Shown: positions 24,369 to 35,920, counted from the first letter of the stretch. The stretch: 64,000 nucleotides of DNA from Terriglobales bacterium (GCA_025980765.1 JAICXB010000018.1:1155-65154), one strand, 5' to 3'. Numbers and translations: made by a program. Notes: generated by a model from the letters alone, not told the origin.

Positions 24369-26240
24369 ATGTGTGGCATCGTCGGATATGTAGGTCATAA
24401 ACGCGTCGTTCCAGTAATTATCGAAGGGCTGAGGAAGCTGGAATATCGCGGCTATGATTCTGCCGGAATCGCTGTAGCGGGAAATGGGGACGGGCTCCAG
24501 GTGCGCCGCGCTGAAGGCAAGCTGCGCAATCTGGAAGAGGCGATTCGCTCCAAACCGCTGGATGGCACCTATGGCATCGGGCACACCCGCTGGGCCACGC
24601 ACGGACGTCCGACAGAAGAAAACGCCCATCCTCACCGGGACTGCACCGGCAAAATCGTCGTGGTCCATAATGGGATTGTCGAGAACTACCTTCCGCTGAA
24701 AAAGCGCCTCATCGATCAAGGCCACAAGTTCACCACCGAGACCGATACCGAGGTCATTGCCCACCTGATTGAGGAGGCATTCACGACCGGTAACGGAACT
24801 CGTCCGAAGTTGGAGGATGCCGTTCGTAAAACGGTGAAGCAACTCACCGGAGTGTTTGCGCTGGTAGTAATCAGTACGGAGGATCCCAACAAAATCGTCG
24901 CTGCGCGAAACGGTCCACCAGCGGTGATCGGACTAGGGAAAGACGAGTATTTCATTGCATCCGACATTCCCGCGCTGCTCGATCATACCCGCGATTTGTT
25001 TTTCCTGTCCGATGGAGACCTGGCGGTGATCACTGCCAGCGGTGTGCAGCTCACCGATTTCGATGGCAAGCCGGTGCAGCGCCAGGTGCAGCGCGTGACT
25101 TGGGACCCGATTCAGGCGGAAAAGGGTGGCTTCAAACACTTCATGCTCAAGGAAATTTATGAGCAGCCGCGCGCCGTTCGCGATACCACTTTGGGTCGCA
25201 TCTCGCAGGATTCAGGCAAGATTTTCCTGGAAGAGATGGCGATCGCGGAAGAAGAGTTCCGCCAGATCAAGAAAGTCAATATCGCGGCCTGTGGCACCAG
25301 TTGGCATGCAGGACTCGCAGGCAAGTTCATGATTGAGCGGCTGGCGCGCGTCCAGGTGGAAGTGGATTATGCCAGCGAATACCGCTATCGCGATCCCATC
25401 ACTGGGCCTGAAGCGCTGACGCTGCTGATTACCCAATCGGGCGAGACCGCAGACACGATCGCGGCGCAACGCGAAGCGAAGGCCAAGCATTCGAAGACGC
25501 TCGCCATCTGCAACGTCGTGGGCGCGATGATTGCGCGGGAAGCCTCGGGCACGATTTACACACACGCCGGCCCGGAGATTGGCGTGGCTTCCACCAAGGC
25601 ATTCACCGCGCAGCTTACGGCATTGTTCTTGTTCGCGCTCTTTCTGGCGCAGACACGCAATCAAATTGATGATGCTCAATCGTTAGCAATGGTGGGAGAA
25701 CTAACACGATTGCCCGGCAAGCTCGAGGCGATTCTCAATCATGATGAAGCCTGTGAGAATCTGGCAAAGCAGTACCAGCGCGCGCAGGATTTCCTTTTCC
25801 TCGGCCGCGGAATTCACTATCCCATCGCGCTTGAAGGCGCTTTGAAGCTGAAAGAGATCAGCTACATCCATGCGGAAGGCTATCCCGCCGGCGAGATGAA
25901 GCACGGGCCCAATGCGTTAATCGATGAAAGTCTGCCGGTGGTTGTGCTCGCCACACGCGATTCCAATGATCCCGATTCGGTACTGCGCTACGAAAAGACT
26001 GTCTCCAACATCAAGGAAGTAACTGCTCGTTCCGGCAAGGTCATCGCCATTGCGACTGAGGGCGACAAGCAAATCCAGGAGTCAGCCGACCACGTGCTGT
26101 ACGTTCCCGAAGCGCCGGAGCTGATGTTGCCTATTCTGGAGATCGTGCCCCTGCAGCTTCTGGCGTATCACATCGCCGTGCGCCGCGGGTGCGATGTGGA
26201 TCAGCCCCGGAACCTGGCAAAATCGGTAACCGTGGAGTAA
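24369..26240 (+). CDS. glmS: glutamine--fructose-6-phosphate aminotransferase
   Basis: 623 aa. [10 protein letters not shown]-terminal nucleophile, two SIS domains and a C-terminal ...KSVTVE. Confidence 0.95.
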   Translation: MCGIVGYVGHKRVVPVIIEGLRKLEYRGYDSAGIAVAGNGDGLQVRRAEGKLRNLEEAIRSKPLDGTYGIGHTRWATHGRPTEENAHPHRDCTGKIVVVHNGIVENYLPLKKRLIDQGHKFTTETDTEVIAHLIEEAFTTGNGTRPKLEDAVRKTVKQLTGVFALVVISTEDPNKIVAARNGPPAVIGLGKDEYFIASDIPALLDHTRDLFFLSDGDLAVITASGVQLTDFDGKPVQRQVQRVTWDPIQAEKGGFKHFMLKEIYEQPRAVRDTTLGRISQDSGKIFLEEMAIAEEEFRQIKKVNIAACGTSWHAGLAGKFMIERLARVQVEVDYASEYRYRDPITGPEALTLLITQSGETADTIAAQREAKAKHSKTLAICNVVGAMIAREASGTIYTHAGPEIGVASTKAFTAQLTALFLFALFLAQTRNQIDDAQSLAMVGELTRLPGKLEAILNHDEACENLAKQYQRAQDFLFLGRGIHYPIALEGALKLKEISYIHAEGYPAGEMKHGPNALIDESLPVVVLATRDSNDPDSVLRYEKTVSNIKEVTARSGKVIAIATEGDKQIQESADHVLYVPEAPELMLPILEIVPLQLLAYHIAVRRGCDVDQPRNLAKSVTVE

Positions 26241-26456
26241 TCGCCCGGCCAACCTATCGCTTACGGCCAGGACCATATTGGGCATTCCAGAACCGGTTCC
26301 GGCTACCCGGGTTGCCGCTTTTGAGGCGCGCTAACCATAAAGTAAACCAAAGTAATGAGCAATTTCCTTTCCAGTACCCATAAATTCAGAGTACATTTGT
26401 CCTCACCCCCCGAGGCCGCAGTCCAACTCCAATGAGCAGACAGGAGCACCCATCCC

Positions 26457-29400
26457 ATGGGCGCTAAGCCCAAAACTGCACGTGCGCCACGCGCGCGCAC
26501 GCCTTCTCGCGCTTCCAGAAATGGGAATGGAGCGTATTCCTACATCGATCCGGGCTCTGAGTTGTTTCGGAATATCGTCGAGAACGCCAACGATCTGATC
26601 TACACACATGACATGGATGGAAACCTCTCATGGGTGAATGTCTCGGTGGTGCGGCTCACCGGTTATAGCCGGGAAGAATTACTAACGAAGAACATTTTCG
26701 AGTTGGTTTCCGAAGATCTGGTTCCGACAATTCGTGAGCGGCAGGCAAGATGGCGTAACGGCGAGGAACTCCCGCCGTTTCAATCTGAGATTGTGACCAA
26801 AGATGGAATGCGCCGCGCCATCGAGGTTAGTTCCAAAATGCTCCGGGATCGCAGCGGCGCTATCACCATGCTGGGAATCGGTCGCGACATCACCGATCGC
26901 CTGTTTGCCGAGCGAGCGCTGCGCGAGAGCGAAAACCGTTTTCGTGCCTTTGTGGAACAATCTTCCGACATCATTTCGCTGCTCGACCCCTTGGGGAATG
27001 TCATTTATCAGAGTGAGTCCAGCGCTCGCCATCTCGGCTACAGCCCGCAAGAGTTGGTTGGCCGCCGATGCTTCGACTTTGTACATCCGGAAGATGTCGA
27101 AACCGCGCTGCAAGGCTTTCGCCAGGGCCTGGAAGATCCGGCCCAAGGCGATCCGATCACGGTCCGTCTGCGCCACAAGGCAGGACATTGGAAATCATTT
27201 GAAGCGGTGAGCAGCACATATGTGATCGCGGGCTATAAAGCGGGCTTGCTGGTCAGCTTTCGCTACGTCGCAGACCGCCACGAAACCGAAAAAGAATTGC
27301 GTCGCTCCGAGGAGCGCTATCGCCAGTTATTCCGGCGCAATCTTGCCGGAGTGTTCGTCAGCAAGGCCACCGGAGGTTTGATCGATTGCAACGATTCGTT
27401 CGCGCAAATGTTCGGATACGGTTCACGCGAAGAGCTGCTGCGACTCACAGAGTTCGATTGTTATTTCGAGCCCGGCGACCGGCAGCGCTTCATCCAGTTG
27501 CTGCAGCGGCTGAAAACAATTTCCAACGTAGAGAGCCGCCTCAAGCGTCGCGACGGTTCCGAGCTCTGGGTACTGGAGAATGCCAGTCTGCTGGAAGAAG
27601 GCATGATCGAGGGCACTCTGGTCGACATCACCGAGCGGAAGCGCACGGAGCAGGCCCTGGTGGAAAGCGAGAGCAAGTTTCGCGTGCTCGCAGACACGGC
27701 CACCACAGCCATCTACATTCATGATGGGAAGCGGTTTCTCTACACCAATCAGGCCTGCGCGGAGATAAGTGGCTACAGCAGCGAAGAACTGGCTGAGCTT
27801 GATCCTTGGCGTTTAGTGCATCCTTCCGATCGTCAACTGGCGCGCGACCGTGCAGAGGCGCGGTTGCGCGGCGAGTGCCGGTCAGAGCGCTACGAAATGC
27901 GCATTCAGACTAAGAATGGGGAAGAGCGCTGGCTGGATTTCTGCGCCAGTGCTACCCAGTTTGAAGGACAACATGCTGTTCTGTGCACGGCGTTCGACGT
28001 GACCGAGCGCAAACGCGCGGAGCGATTGCAGCAGGCGCTGTATCGAATCAGCGACTGTGCCAATACCGTGGAAGATCTGCAGCACCTCTATCGCGCGCTG
28101 CACGAGATTGTTGGAGAGTTGACCTACGCGCGAAATCTATATATCGGATTGCTCGACAGCAGCGGCGATTACCTGCAATTTCCGTACTTTGTTGATGAAA
28201 GCGATCCCAATCCGCCGGAGGGAAGGCCTCTGGGAAAAGGCCTTACGGAATACATTCTGCGCACAGGTAAACCGCTATTGGCCGATTTCAGCAAGATTCG
28301 CGAGCTCGAACAGAGCGGCGACATTGAACCCATCGGACCCGACTGTATTGATTGGCTGGGCGCCCCGCTACGCTCTGGAAATTCCGTTTTCGGCGTCATT
28401 GCGCTGCAAAGCTATGATCCCGCGATTCGCCACGATGAGCGCGACAAAGAAATTCTTACCTACGTTTCGCAGCACATCGCGGTCGCTATCGAGCGCAAGC
28501 GACAGCAGGAAGCGCTGCGAATCTCCGAGGCACGCCATCGCTCTCTGGTGGAAAGCGCGGTGTACGGGATGTATCGTTCCAGCATCGACGGCCGATTTCT
28601 GGATGTGAATCCTGCGTTAGTAAACATGCTGGGCTATACCTCGCCGGATGAACTCATCTCCGTGGATATGGCGCGCGACATTTATGGAGATCGCGAAGAG
28701 CGCGGCAAGATCCTCCAGAACTATTTCCATAATGGGAAGCTTGAGACGCAAGAGGTCCGATGGAAGCGCAAAGACGGTCGTCTCATTACCGTCCGGCTCA
28801 GCGGAAAACCGTTCAGGAATGAACGCGGCGAAACTCTGGGATTCGAGATGGTCGCCGAAGATGTCACCGAGCGCCGCACGCTGGAAGAGCAGCTACGCCA
28901 ATCGCAAAAGATGGAAGCGGTAGGGCGTCTGGCTGGCGGCATTGCGCACGATTTCAACAACCTGCTCACCGTCATCAAGGGGTATAGCGAGCTGATGCTG
29001 GGCGAACTCGATGGAGCTCACCCGTTGCGAACAGAGTTGGACGAGATCAGGAAAGCGGCGGATCGTGCGGCATCTCTTACCCGCCAGCTTCTTGCATTCA
29101 GCCGCCAACAGGTGCTTGCGCCCAAGGTTATCGACCTGAACTCGGTTCTCCATAACATGGATAAACTCCTGCGCCGGCTGCTGGGAGAAGACATTGATCT
29201 CTTCACCGTGTTGGAGGGCTCTCTGGGACGAGTAAAAGCCGATCCGGGGCAGATCGAGCAAGTTGTCATGAATCTCGCAGTCAATGCGCGCGATGCCATG
29301 CCGCAAGGCGGAAAGCTCACCATTGAGACCGCGAACGTCGATCTCGACAGCGAATATGCACGCGAGCACGTTTCGGTGAAGCCTGGGTCCTACGTGATGA

Positions 29401-30050
29401 TTGCCGTGAGCGACAGCGGCGTGGGAATGACGGAGAAGGTGAAGTCAAAGATTTTCGAACCATTCTTCACCACCAAAGATGTGGGCAAGGGCACTGGTCT
29501 TGGTCTCTCGACTGTGTATGGCATCGTCAAGCAGAGCGGCGGATACGTGTGGGTGTACAGCGAAGTTGGCATCGGATCCACCTTCAAAGTCTATTTGCCG
29601 CGGATTGATGCTCCCGCGGACGTGGCGCCTGAGCATTCGCCGACTTTGGTTTTTAAGGGAAGCGAAACGGTACTCCTGGTGGAAGATGAGGATGGCGTCC
29701 GCGCTCTCGTTCGTCAGGTCCTGCACAGGAACGGTTACAACGTTATCGAAGCCCGCCATGGCGGCGAGGCGTTACTCGCGTGTGAACGTCATCCGGGAAA
29801 GATCGATTTGTTGCTTACTGACGTCGTGCTCGAACAGATGAGCGGGCGCGAGCTGGCTGAACGACTGCTTCAGATCCGTCCCGAAATGAAAGTCTTGTAC
29901 GTCTCAGGTTATGCCGATGACGCGATCGTTCATCACGGAGTTCTCACCCCCGGTGCGGCATTCCTGCAAAAGCCATTTACCACGGAAGCGCTGGCAAGAA
30001 AGTTGCGTTGTGTTCTCGATGGAACGCTGGCTGCCGCCGCGTATTCCTAG
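26457..30050 (+). CDS. multi-PAS/GAF hybrid sensor histidine kinase with a C-terminal receiver
   Basis: 1197 aa. Repeated PAS/PAC blocks separated by ERK..E..L..SE..FR linkers, plus a GAF-like segment. H-box GGIAHDFNNLL, HATPase boxes NLAVNARDAM, DSGVGM and GTGLGLS. Receiver motifs LLVEDEDGVR and DLLLTDVVL. Confidence 0.9.
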   Translation: MGAKPKTARAPRARTPSRASRNGNGAYSYIDPGSELFRNIVENANDLIYTHDMDGNLSWVNVSVVRLTGYSREELLTKNIFELVSEDLVPTIRERQARWRNGEELPPFQSEIVTKDGMRRAIEVSSKMLRDRSGAITMLGIGRDITDRLFAERALRESENRFRAFVEQSSDIISLLDPLGNVIYQSESSARHLGYSPQELVGRRCFDFVHPEDVETALQGFRQGLEDPAQGDPITVRLRHKAGHWKSFEAVSSTYVIAGYKAGLLVSFRYVADRHETEKELRRSEERYRQLFRRNLAGVFVSKATGGLIDCNDSFAQMFGYGSREELLRLTEFDCYFEPGDRQRFIQLLQRLKTISNVESRLKRRDGSELWVLENASLLEEGMIEGTLVDITERKRTEQALVESESKFRVLADTATTAIYIHDGKRFLYTNQACAEISGYSSEELAELDPWRLVHPSDRQLARDRAEARLRGECRSERYEMRIQTKNGEERWLDFCASATQFEGQHAVLCTAFDVTERKRAERLQQALYRISDCANTVEDLQHLYRALHEIVGELTYARNLYIGLLDSSGDYLQFPYFVDESDPNPPEGRPLGKGLTEYILRTGKPLLADFSKIRELEQSGDIEPIGPDCIDWLGAPLRSGNSVFGVIALQSYDPAIRHDERDKEILTYVSQHIAVAIERKRQQEALRISEARHRSLVESAVYGMYRSSIDGRFLDVNPALVNMLGYTSPDELISVDMARDIYGDREERGKILQNYFHNGKLETQEVRWKRKDGRLITVRLSGKPFRNERGETLGFEMVAEDVTERRTLEEQLRQSQKMEAVGRLAGGIAHDFNNLLTVIKGYSELMLGELDGAHPLRTELDEIRKAADRAASLTRQLLAFSRQQVLAPKVIDLNSVLHNMDKLLRRLLGEDIDLFTVLEGSLGRVKADPGQIEQVVMNLAVNARDAMPQGGKLTIETANVDLDSEYAREHVSVKPGSYVMIAVSDSGVGMTEKVKSKIFEPFFTTKDVGKGTGLGLSTVYGIVKQSGGYVWVYSEVGIGSTFKVYLPRIDAPADVAPEHSPTLVFKGSETVLLVEDEDGVRALVRQVLHRNGYNVIEARHGGEALLACERHPGKIDLLLTDVVLEQMSGRELAERLLQIRPEMKVLYVSGYADDAIVHHGVLTPGAAFLQKPFTTEALARKLRCVLDGTLAAAAYS

Positions 30051-30328
30051 AGTGTTCAGTTTCGTCTTCCCCGATTCCACATTCGGACACCAGAATCCAT
30101 TTCCAGACATTGCCACGGGTGTAAGTTGCTCCAAAGTAAGCATTTGAGAGCGTCTCCTGCATGCGGCCACAGTTTCGGCAGATGGCCCCGGACGTGCTTT
30201 TGATCGAGGGCAGAGATGGGGCGCATATCCGGTCCCCTCGATGGTTCCAGAGGAATCCGGAAGACGTGGCATGCCGCGTCTCCAGGTAAAGTCAATGGCA
30301 CGAAAACCCGGAAGGAATTTGTGTTCAA

Positions 30329-31510
30329 GTGGACTGCTTAACTGAGTCGGAGAAGGCCGTGGGTGCAAGCGCAGGAGTGTTGGCGAAACCGAAGAGGATC
30401 CTGGTTGCGGACGACCAATCCGATGTTTTGCATGCGATTGCGCTCCTCCTCAAATCCGAAGGATTCGAATCGCAGACGGCGATGCATCCAGCAGCGGTAC
30501 TCGAGGCGCTCAAAGTTGCACGTTTCGATCTGCTGATCTTGGACTTGAACTACACCTTAGACACAACCTCCGGCACTGAAGGTTTGAATCTGATCTCCGC
30601 GATTCGCCAGATGGACGCGAATGTTCCCGTGCTGGTGCTTACCGCATGGGGAACCATCGAACTGGCCGTCGATGCGCTGCGGCGCGGCGCCTCGGACTTC
30701 ATCCAGAAGCCCTGGACCAACTCACAACTGGTGCAGAAGACGCGCGATCTGATCCTTCGCGCGGAACAGAACCGCAAAGCTCAGGTCGAGGCGCAGGAAG
30801 AGGAAGAGCAGTCGGTTGAGATCCAACGCAAGCTGCTCTCCCTGAATCTGCCGCCGCAACATGGAATTACTATCAGCGGCGATTCGCGGTCGATGCGCTA
30901 TGTGGGGGGCGACTATTGCCATCTCACCGCCCTGGGTTCTTCGAAGTTTGCTGTTTCTGTTGCGGATGTTGCCGGCAAAGGTGTGCCCGGAGCGCTGCTC
31001 ACCGCCAGTTTGCGCGGGCTGGAGCGTTCGATCGTCACCCATGACGTGCACCCACAACAGCTTTGCATTGCGCTGAACGAGTCCTTATGCGAGATCATGC
31101 CGGTGGGCAAGTTCGTCTCGTTTTTCTTCGCTGTAGTCGATGCGGAGTCACGACGGTTCACCTACAGCAATGCCGGACACAACCCGCCGTTGCTGGTCCA
31201 TGCCGACGGTTCCACTTTGGAATTGAGGACGGGAGGTGGAGTGCTGGGCTGCATTGCCGATTGGTCGTATGACCAGGCCGACCTGAGGCTAGAGGCGGGC
31301 GATCGCATTGTGCTCTTCACCGATGGCATTACGGAGAGTGAAAGTCCCAATGAGCAAGAGTTCGGAACCGACCGCCTGCGCGAGGTAGTGGTCGCACATC
31401 GCGCACAATCCGCAGATGACATTCAGCGTCAGCTCATGCGCTCAGTCAGCCAGCACTGCAACGATCGGTTTCAGGATGACGCGACTGTGCTTGTAATTGC
31501 AGTTCAGTAG
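30329..31510 (+). CDS. response regulator receiver fused to a PP2C/SpoIIE-type phosphatase
   Basis: REC motifs ILVADDQSDV, DLLILDLNY and VLVLTAWG. PP2C motifs GGDYCH, VADVAGKGVPGALL and FTDGITE. GTG start. Confidence 0.85.
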   Translation: MDCLTESEKAVGASAGVLAKPKRILVADDQSDVLHAIALLLKSEGFESQTAMHPAAVLEALKVARFDLLILDLNYTLDTTSGTEGLNLISAIRQMDANVPVLVLTAWGTIELAVDALRRGASDFIQKPWTNSQLVQKTRDLILRAEQNRKAQVEAQEEEEQSVEIQRKLLSLNLPPQHGITISGDSRSMRYVGGDYCHLTALGSSKFAVSVADVAGKGVPGALLTASLRGLERSIVTHDVHPQQLCIALNESLCEIMPVGKFVSFFFAVVDAESRRFTYSNAGHNPPLLVHADGSTLELRTGGGVLGCIADWSYDQADLRLEAGDRIVLFTDGITESESPNEQEFGTDRLREVVVAHRAQSADDIQRQLMRSVSQHCNDRFQDDATVLVIAVQ

Positions 31511-31627
31511 CGGTTCCGCCATCGATCCAGGGTTACGGCCTCCTTCCTAGACATTCAGTGAAATCAGGAAAAACACTGTTCTTTTTCATCAGTTTGGGGT
31601 TAGGTTCTGATAACCTGCTCGGTACCG

Positions 31628-33256
31628 ATGTCTGCCGTAACGCCAGTGTTTCGTGCTTTTTTCCGCCGTTGTGTTCGACATCTCCTCTTAGGGACCGCCG
31701 TTTCCGTCATCCCGGCTGCCGGCTTCTATCTTGTCACCATGCCGTTCACCACCGGGCAAATGCCGGCGGTGCTCGCGCTTGGAGCTTTGACGCTGGCCAT
31801 CGTCCTTCCGCTTGACCTCTGGTTGTTGCGGCGAACTCTGGCGCCCATTGCCGACGCGCTCGAAGAAAACGCCTCCAGGAATTCAGTTTTGCGCGGTTAC
31901 GCTCGATTGCTGGATCTACCGTGGCTGGTGCTGGTTCGCATTTTTGGGCCTCACGCCCTCATCGCGTCGGCCATCATGACGGGCTTGATCATCGCGGCAA
32001 AACGGCCAATGCAGCTCGAACTTGACTGGCACGATTATGCCGCATTCTGGTTCTTCAGTTTGACTATCGTTCCAATTGGGCATGTCGTGTATGAATTCAC
32101 GGCGGTGGAGCGCGACAGTCATACCCTGGCCAACCTCTTGGGAGAGCGGCTCTCGGAGATTCCCGCTCAGCCTGGGGAGCCCGCGGCGAATCCACGCAGC
32201 TTTACTTTGGCCACGCGGATGCGAATCTTCTTTCCCCTGCTTGCTATCGCTCCAGTGGCCGCCGTAATTCTCGCTGTGCTGAAGCGCAGTGAGGGCCTCG
32301 CGGACTTCAAAGAACATCTCCCCATGCTGATCGACATGGTCGTGATCGGCACCGTGGCGGCGGCTTTCTTTATCTTTCTGATGTACCGGCTGGGTAATGA
32401 GATTAGTTTTCAAACCAGGCAATTGACATCAGCGTTGGATCGGCTGGCGGTCGGCAATCTGAGCGCTCGGGTCGAGTTGCACGCTACCAGCGAATTCGGA
32501 CAAATTGCCGAACACGTAAATGCCATGGCGGGAAAATTGGCTGAACGGCAACATATCCGCGACCTCTTCGGCGCCTATATGACTCCTGAGGTGGCGGACA
32601 AGCTGCTTGAGATCGGCGCAAAAGGCGAAAGCGAAGTGCGCCATGTGGCCGTGCTGTTCGTAGATGTGCGCGGATTTACGGCATTCAGTCGCGGGCGCTC
32701 GCCCAGAGTGATCCTTGCGGTGCTGAATCAGTTCCTCGAAGAAGCCGTGGAAGCCGTAGCTCATGCTCGGGGCACGGTGAACAAGTACCTGGGCGACGGA
32801 CTGCTGGCGGTCTTCGGCGCTCCCATCGAGCTGGAGAACCCATGCGCATCGGCGTTCCAGGCTGGCCTGGAGATGTGCCGTCGCCTGCGCACGCTTAACT
32901 CCGAATTCGTCATTGCGGGAATTCCCGAATTGAGAATCGGCATCGGTATCCACGCCGGTGACGTGGTGGTCGGCAGCATCGGATCGGCAAAGTACAAGCT
33001 GGAGTACACGGTCATCGGCGACGCCGTGAATGTGGCTTCCCGAATTGAACAACTGACGAAGACTGTGGGCGCGGAGATGCTGGTTTCGGCAGAGGTCTTT
33101 GCCGACTTGACCGACAGCCAGAAAGCTCTTGCCGGTCCCGCTCTCGAAGAGCAGGTCAGGGGCGTCGAAAAGCCGGTCACGGTTCATGCCATTCAAACCG
33201 GCCTCTCTCACGCTCGATCCCTGGACGCAGGCGCGGCAGCCCCGATGTCAGCGTAA
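31628..33256 (+). CDS. membrane-bound HAMP-domain class III adenylate/guanylate cyclase
   Basis: Multiple TM segments and a HAMP-like linker. Cyclase core VAVLFVDVRGFTAFS, KYLGDGLLAVFGAP and YTVIGDAVNVASR. Confidence 0.85.
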   Translation: MSAVTPVFRAFFRRCVRHLLLGTAVSVIPAAGFYLVTMPFTTGQMPAVLALGALTLAIVLPLDLWLLRRTLAPIADALEENASRNSVLRGYARLLDLPWLVLVRIFGPHALIASAIMTGLIIAAKRPMQLELDWHDYAAFWFFSLTIVPIGHVVYEFTAVERDSHTLANLLGERLSEIPAQPGEPAANPRSFTLATRMRIFFPLLAIAPVAAVILAVLKRSEGLADFKEHLPMLIDMVVIGTVAAAFFIFLMYRLGNEISFQTRQLTSALDRLAVGNLSARVELHATSEFGQIAEHVNAMAGKLAERQHIRDLFGAYMTPEVADKLLEIGAKGESEVRHVAVLFVDVRGFTAFSRGRSPRVILAVLNQFLEEAVEAVAHARGTVNKYLGDGLLAVFGAPIELENPCASAFQAGLEMCRRLRTLNSEFVIAGIPELRIGIGIHAGDVVVGSIGSAKYKLEYTVIGDAVNVASRIEQLTKTVGAEMLVSAEVFADLTDSQKALAGPALEEQVRGVEKPVTVHAIQTGLSHARSLDAGAAAPMSA

Positions 33257-33272
33257 ATGGCGAGAAGTGCTT

Positions 33273-34592
33273 TTATACTTCAGTGACTGAAGAGCTTGAA
33301 GTTCTTGCCGGTCTTCTGAGAACTTCCGGCAACTGCTCGCGGCCCATGCTCTTCTGCTCCCCGTTTTTCAGGTCTTTGACTGCGAACTGGCCAGACGCGA
33401 CTTCGTTCTCACCCACAATGATCACCTTCGCGATCCCCAGCTTTTCGGCGGTCTCGAATGACTTCTTTAGTCGAAAGCTGTCATCACCGAGTTCCACTGA
33501 GACGTTTTGATCGCGTAGTTCCCGCGCCAGTTGCGCGGCCGCAGCATTCATCTTCGCTCCCAAGGGAGCAATGTAGGCGTGTGGAACTGAAGAGGATGGG
33601 ACTGCTTCTCCGGCGCTCAACGCCATGACAAACCGGTCTTCCCCAATTGCAAAACCAATTCCCGGCGCCTTGGGACCGCCGATTGCCTCCGACAATCCGT
33701 CATAGCGTCCGCCGCCCAGGATCGCATTTTGTGCCCCCAGACTGCCCTGAGTAAATTCAAAAGCGGTTCGCGTGTAGTAGTCGAGCCCGCGCACCAGGCG
33801 ATCATTCAGCGTGTAGGGGGTTCCCGTAGCCCGCAAGATTTCCAGCACTTCGGCGAAATGCTCCCGGCAGGGTTCGTCGAGAAATTCGCCGATGCGAGGA
33901 AGAGTCTCAATGGTGGGCTGGTCCTCCGGAACTTTGCAGTCGAAGACCCGCAGGGGATTGGTCTGCGCGCGCCGCTGGCAATCCACGCACATGCGATCGA
34001 CTACTCCGGCAAGCGCCTGACGCAATGCTTCGTTATATGCGGGGCGGCAATTCGCGCATCCGACAGAATTCAGTTGCAGGTTCCAATCTTTGATGCCCGC
34101 ACGCTGCAGCAACGAAACCAGCATTTGCAGCACCTCAGCATCGCGGGCGGGCGACTCGCTGCCGGCCGAAGGAGGTCCAATGACCTCGGCTCCAATCTGG
34201 TAGAACTGCCGATAACGGCCCTTTTGCGGACGTTCGCGGCGAAACTGCGGACCAATGTAATAGAGCTTCTGCAGCCCCGGCCTTTCCCACAATTTGTGCT
34301 CAATGTATGCGCGCACGACCCCGGCTGTGTTCTCAGGCCGCAGCGTCAGCGATTGCGCTTTCTCTGATTGTGCCCGCGCCCGATCTTCAAACGTATACAT
34401 TTCCTTGAAAACGATGTCGGTCGCTTCTCCTACGCCGCGAGCAAAGAGCTGCGTATCTTCCAAAATGGGCGTGCGGATTTCGTGAAAGTTGTACAGCGCG
34501 AACACCTCGCGAGCGGCTTGCTCCACCTGGTTCCACGATTCGGTTTCAGGCGGCAGTAGGTCGCGAGTACCGCGCACAGCTTTGATAGTCAA
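33273..34592 (-). CDS. hisS: histidine--tRNA ligase
   Basis: 439 aa with class II aaRS motifs (GTRDLLP, FRRERPQKGRYRQFYQ, GGGRYDGL). Confidence 0.95.
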   Translation of the reverse strand: MTIKAVRGTRDLLPPETESWNQVEQAAREVFALYNFHEIRTPILEDTQLFARGVGEATDIVFKEMYTFEDRARAQSEKAQSLTLRPENTAGVVRAYIEHKLWERPGLQKLYYIGPQFRRERPQKGRYRQFYQIGAEVIGPPSAGSESPARDAEVLQMLVSLLQRAGIKDWNLQLNSVGCANCRPAYNEALRQALAGVVDRMCVDCQRRAQTNPLRVFDCKVPEDQPTIETLPRIGEFLDEPCREHFAEVLEILRATGTPYTLNDRLVRGLDYYTRTAFEFTQGSLGAQNAILGGGRYDGLSEAIGGPKAPGIGFAIGEDRFVMALSAGEAVPSSSVPHAYIAPLGAKMNAAAAQLARELRDQNVSVELGDDSFRLKKSFETAEKLGIAKVIIVGENEVASGQFAVKDLKNGEQKSMGREQLPEVLRRPARTSSSSVTEV

Positions 34593-34749
34593 GATTGCAT
34601 CATCCTGGTTCGATCACAAGGTCGTGAGTTCGTTCCAATATATATGCGAACGCTGTTCAAGATGGCTTTAGGACCTATAGAAAAGGGAGGAGCCCCGCCG
34701 ATTAGCGAAGCTCGTTTGAGGAGTTCAAGTTTCGGTGTTTGCTCGGGGC

Positions 34750-35016
34750 TTAAGCTCTCAGTGGCACTGGCACAGTGATATATTGCACGCGCTTGGGTTT
34801 CGAGCCGTCGCTCTGTTTGAGGGACACGGCTTCGTCGAGCACGGTCAAATACATATTCGCCATCTGCAGGGCTGCTTCCTCGGTCGGCTCGTGCCCCCAA
34901 TAAATCACGTGGCTTGATCCTTCCCGTTGCAGCGTGTAGCGGTAACGCTGGTGTCGGGAGAGCGGATCCTGCATTTTTGCCACTTCCGCCAGATGTTTCT
35001 CGCCTTTGATGACCAT
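34750..35016 (-). CDS. hypothetical small protein
   Basis: 88-aa ORF with no recognisable motif and only a weak RBS. Confidence 0.35.
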   Translation of the reverse strand: MVIKGEKHLAEVAKMQDPLSRHQRYRYTLQREGSSHVIYWGHEPTEEAALQMANMYLTVLDEAVSLKQSDGSKPKRVQYITVPVPLRA

Positions 35017-35142
35017 GCTGTTCGTTTCCAGAGGATCAGATTCCCGCTACTCTGGTTGAGATGCAAGCGAAAGGGAAAAGATGTACCGGTGGAGTAAACG
35101 GCTTGCATAGCTTCGAAGCTGCGTAGCTTCTAGGCTGCGTAG

Positions 35143-35862
35143 CTATTTTGCCAGTGCCGCTGCGCGACGAAACCAGGGGCGTTCCCGCCGCTTCAGGAAT
35201 CCAGGCAAAGTGCGCTTCTTCGCTAGCACGCGTTGCGCCCAGTCCCGCGCCTCCGCATCTCGTCCCTGGGACTTAAGGAATTCGGCATAGTTCACCAGCG
35301 TCTCAGAGAACGTGGAAGTCTGCACCACGCACTCGAAGAGTTTTGCCGCTGCCTCGGACTGTCCAGTTTTTGCCAGCGCGTGTGCCAGCAAACCGGCTGC
35401 GCGGCCATAATCGTATTTCTCGTCTTTTTCTACGACGAATTGAAGATCGCCGACCGCGGCTGGATAATCGCCGAGCTTCAACTCGCAGAGCGCGCGTCGG
35501 TAGAAGGGATCGGGCGAATCCGTTCGGCTGGAGATCGAGCGGCTATAGCACTCTCTCGCTTGCGCATACCTGCCGTCTTCGAGATAGAGATCGGCCAACT
35601 CCTCATAATTCCCGGCAGAAGGATTGTCGATGACCACTGCCTGAAGCCGGCGGATTCGGCTGCGACGAGGGAAGACCTGGAAACCTTGCGCCAGCATTCC
35701 TGCTTCAGGAATGACTTCGAAGCAGATGTAGACAATAGCGCCGAGGCCTCCACCCAGGATGATGATCCAGAGCCAATAACCATCCGGACGGCGGCGGATG
35801 AAATGCACGATCGCGATCGCCTGCAGGATGATGCCATAGCCGAAAAATCCACCGATGCCCAT
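35143..35862 (-). CDS. membrane-anchored TPR repeat protein (two N-terminal TM helices, PLDc_N-like)
   Basis: 239 aa. The hydrophobic N-terminus is followed by TPR-like repeats (YEELADLYLEDGRYAQARECYSRSI...). Confidence 0.65.
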   Translation of the reverse strand: MGIGGFFGYGIILQAIAIVHFIRRRPDGYWLWIIILGGGLGAIVYICFEVIPEAGMLAQGFQVFPRRSRIRRLQAVVIDNPSAGNYEELADLYLEDGRYAQARECYSRSISSRTDSPDPFYRRALCELKLGDYPAAVGDLQFVVEKDEKYDYGRAAGLLAHALAKTGQSEAAAKLFECVVQTSTFSETLVNYAEFLKSQGRDAEARDWAQRVLAKKRTLPGFLKRRERPWFRRAAALAK

Positions 35863-35920
35863 CTAATTGCGTAGCATACCGTAACCAGCCTCCATTCATG
35901 CTGATGTTAAGATTGAGCTA

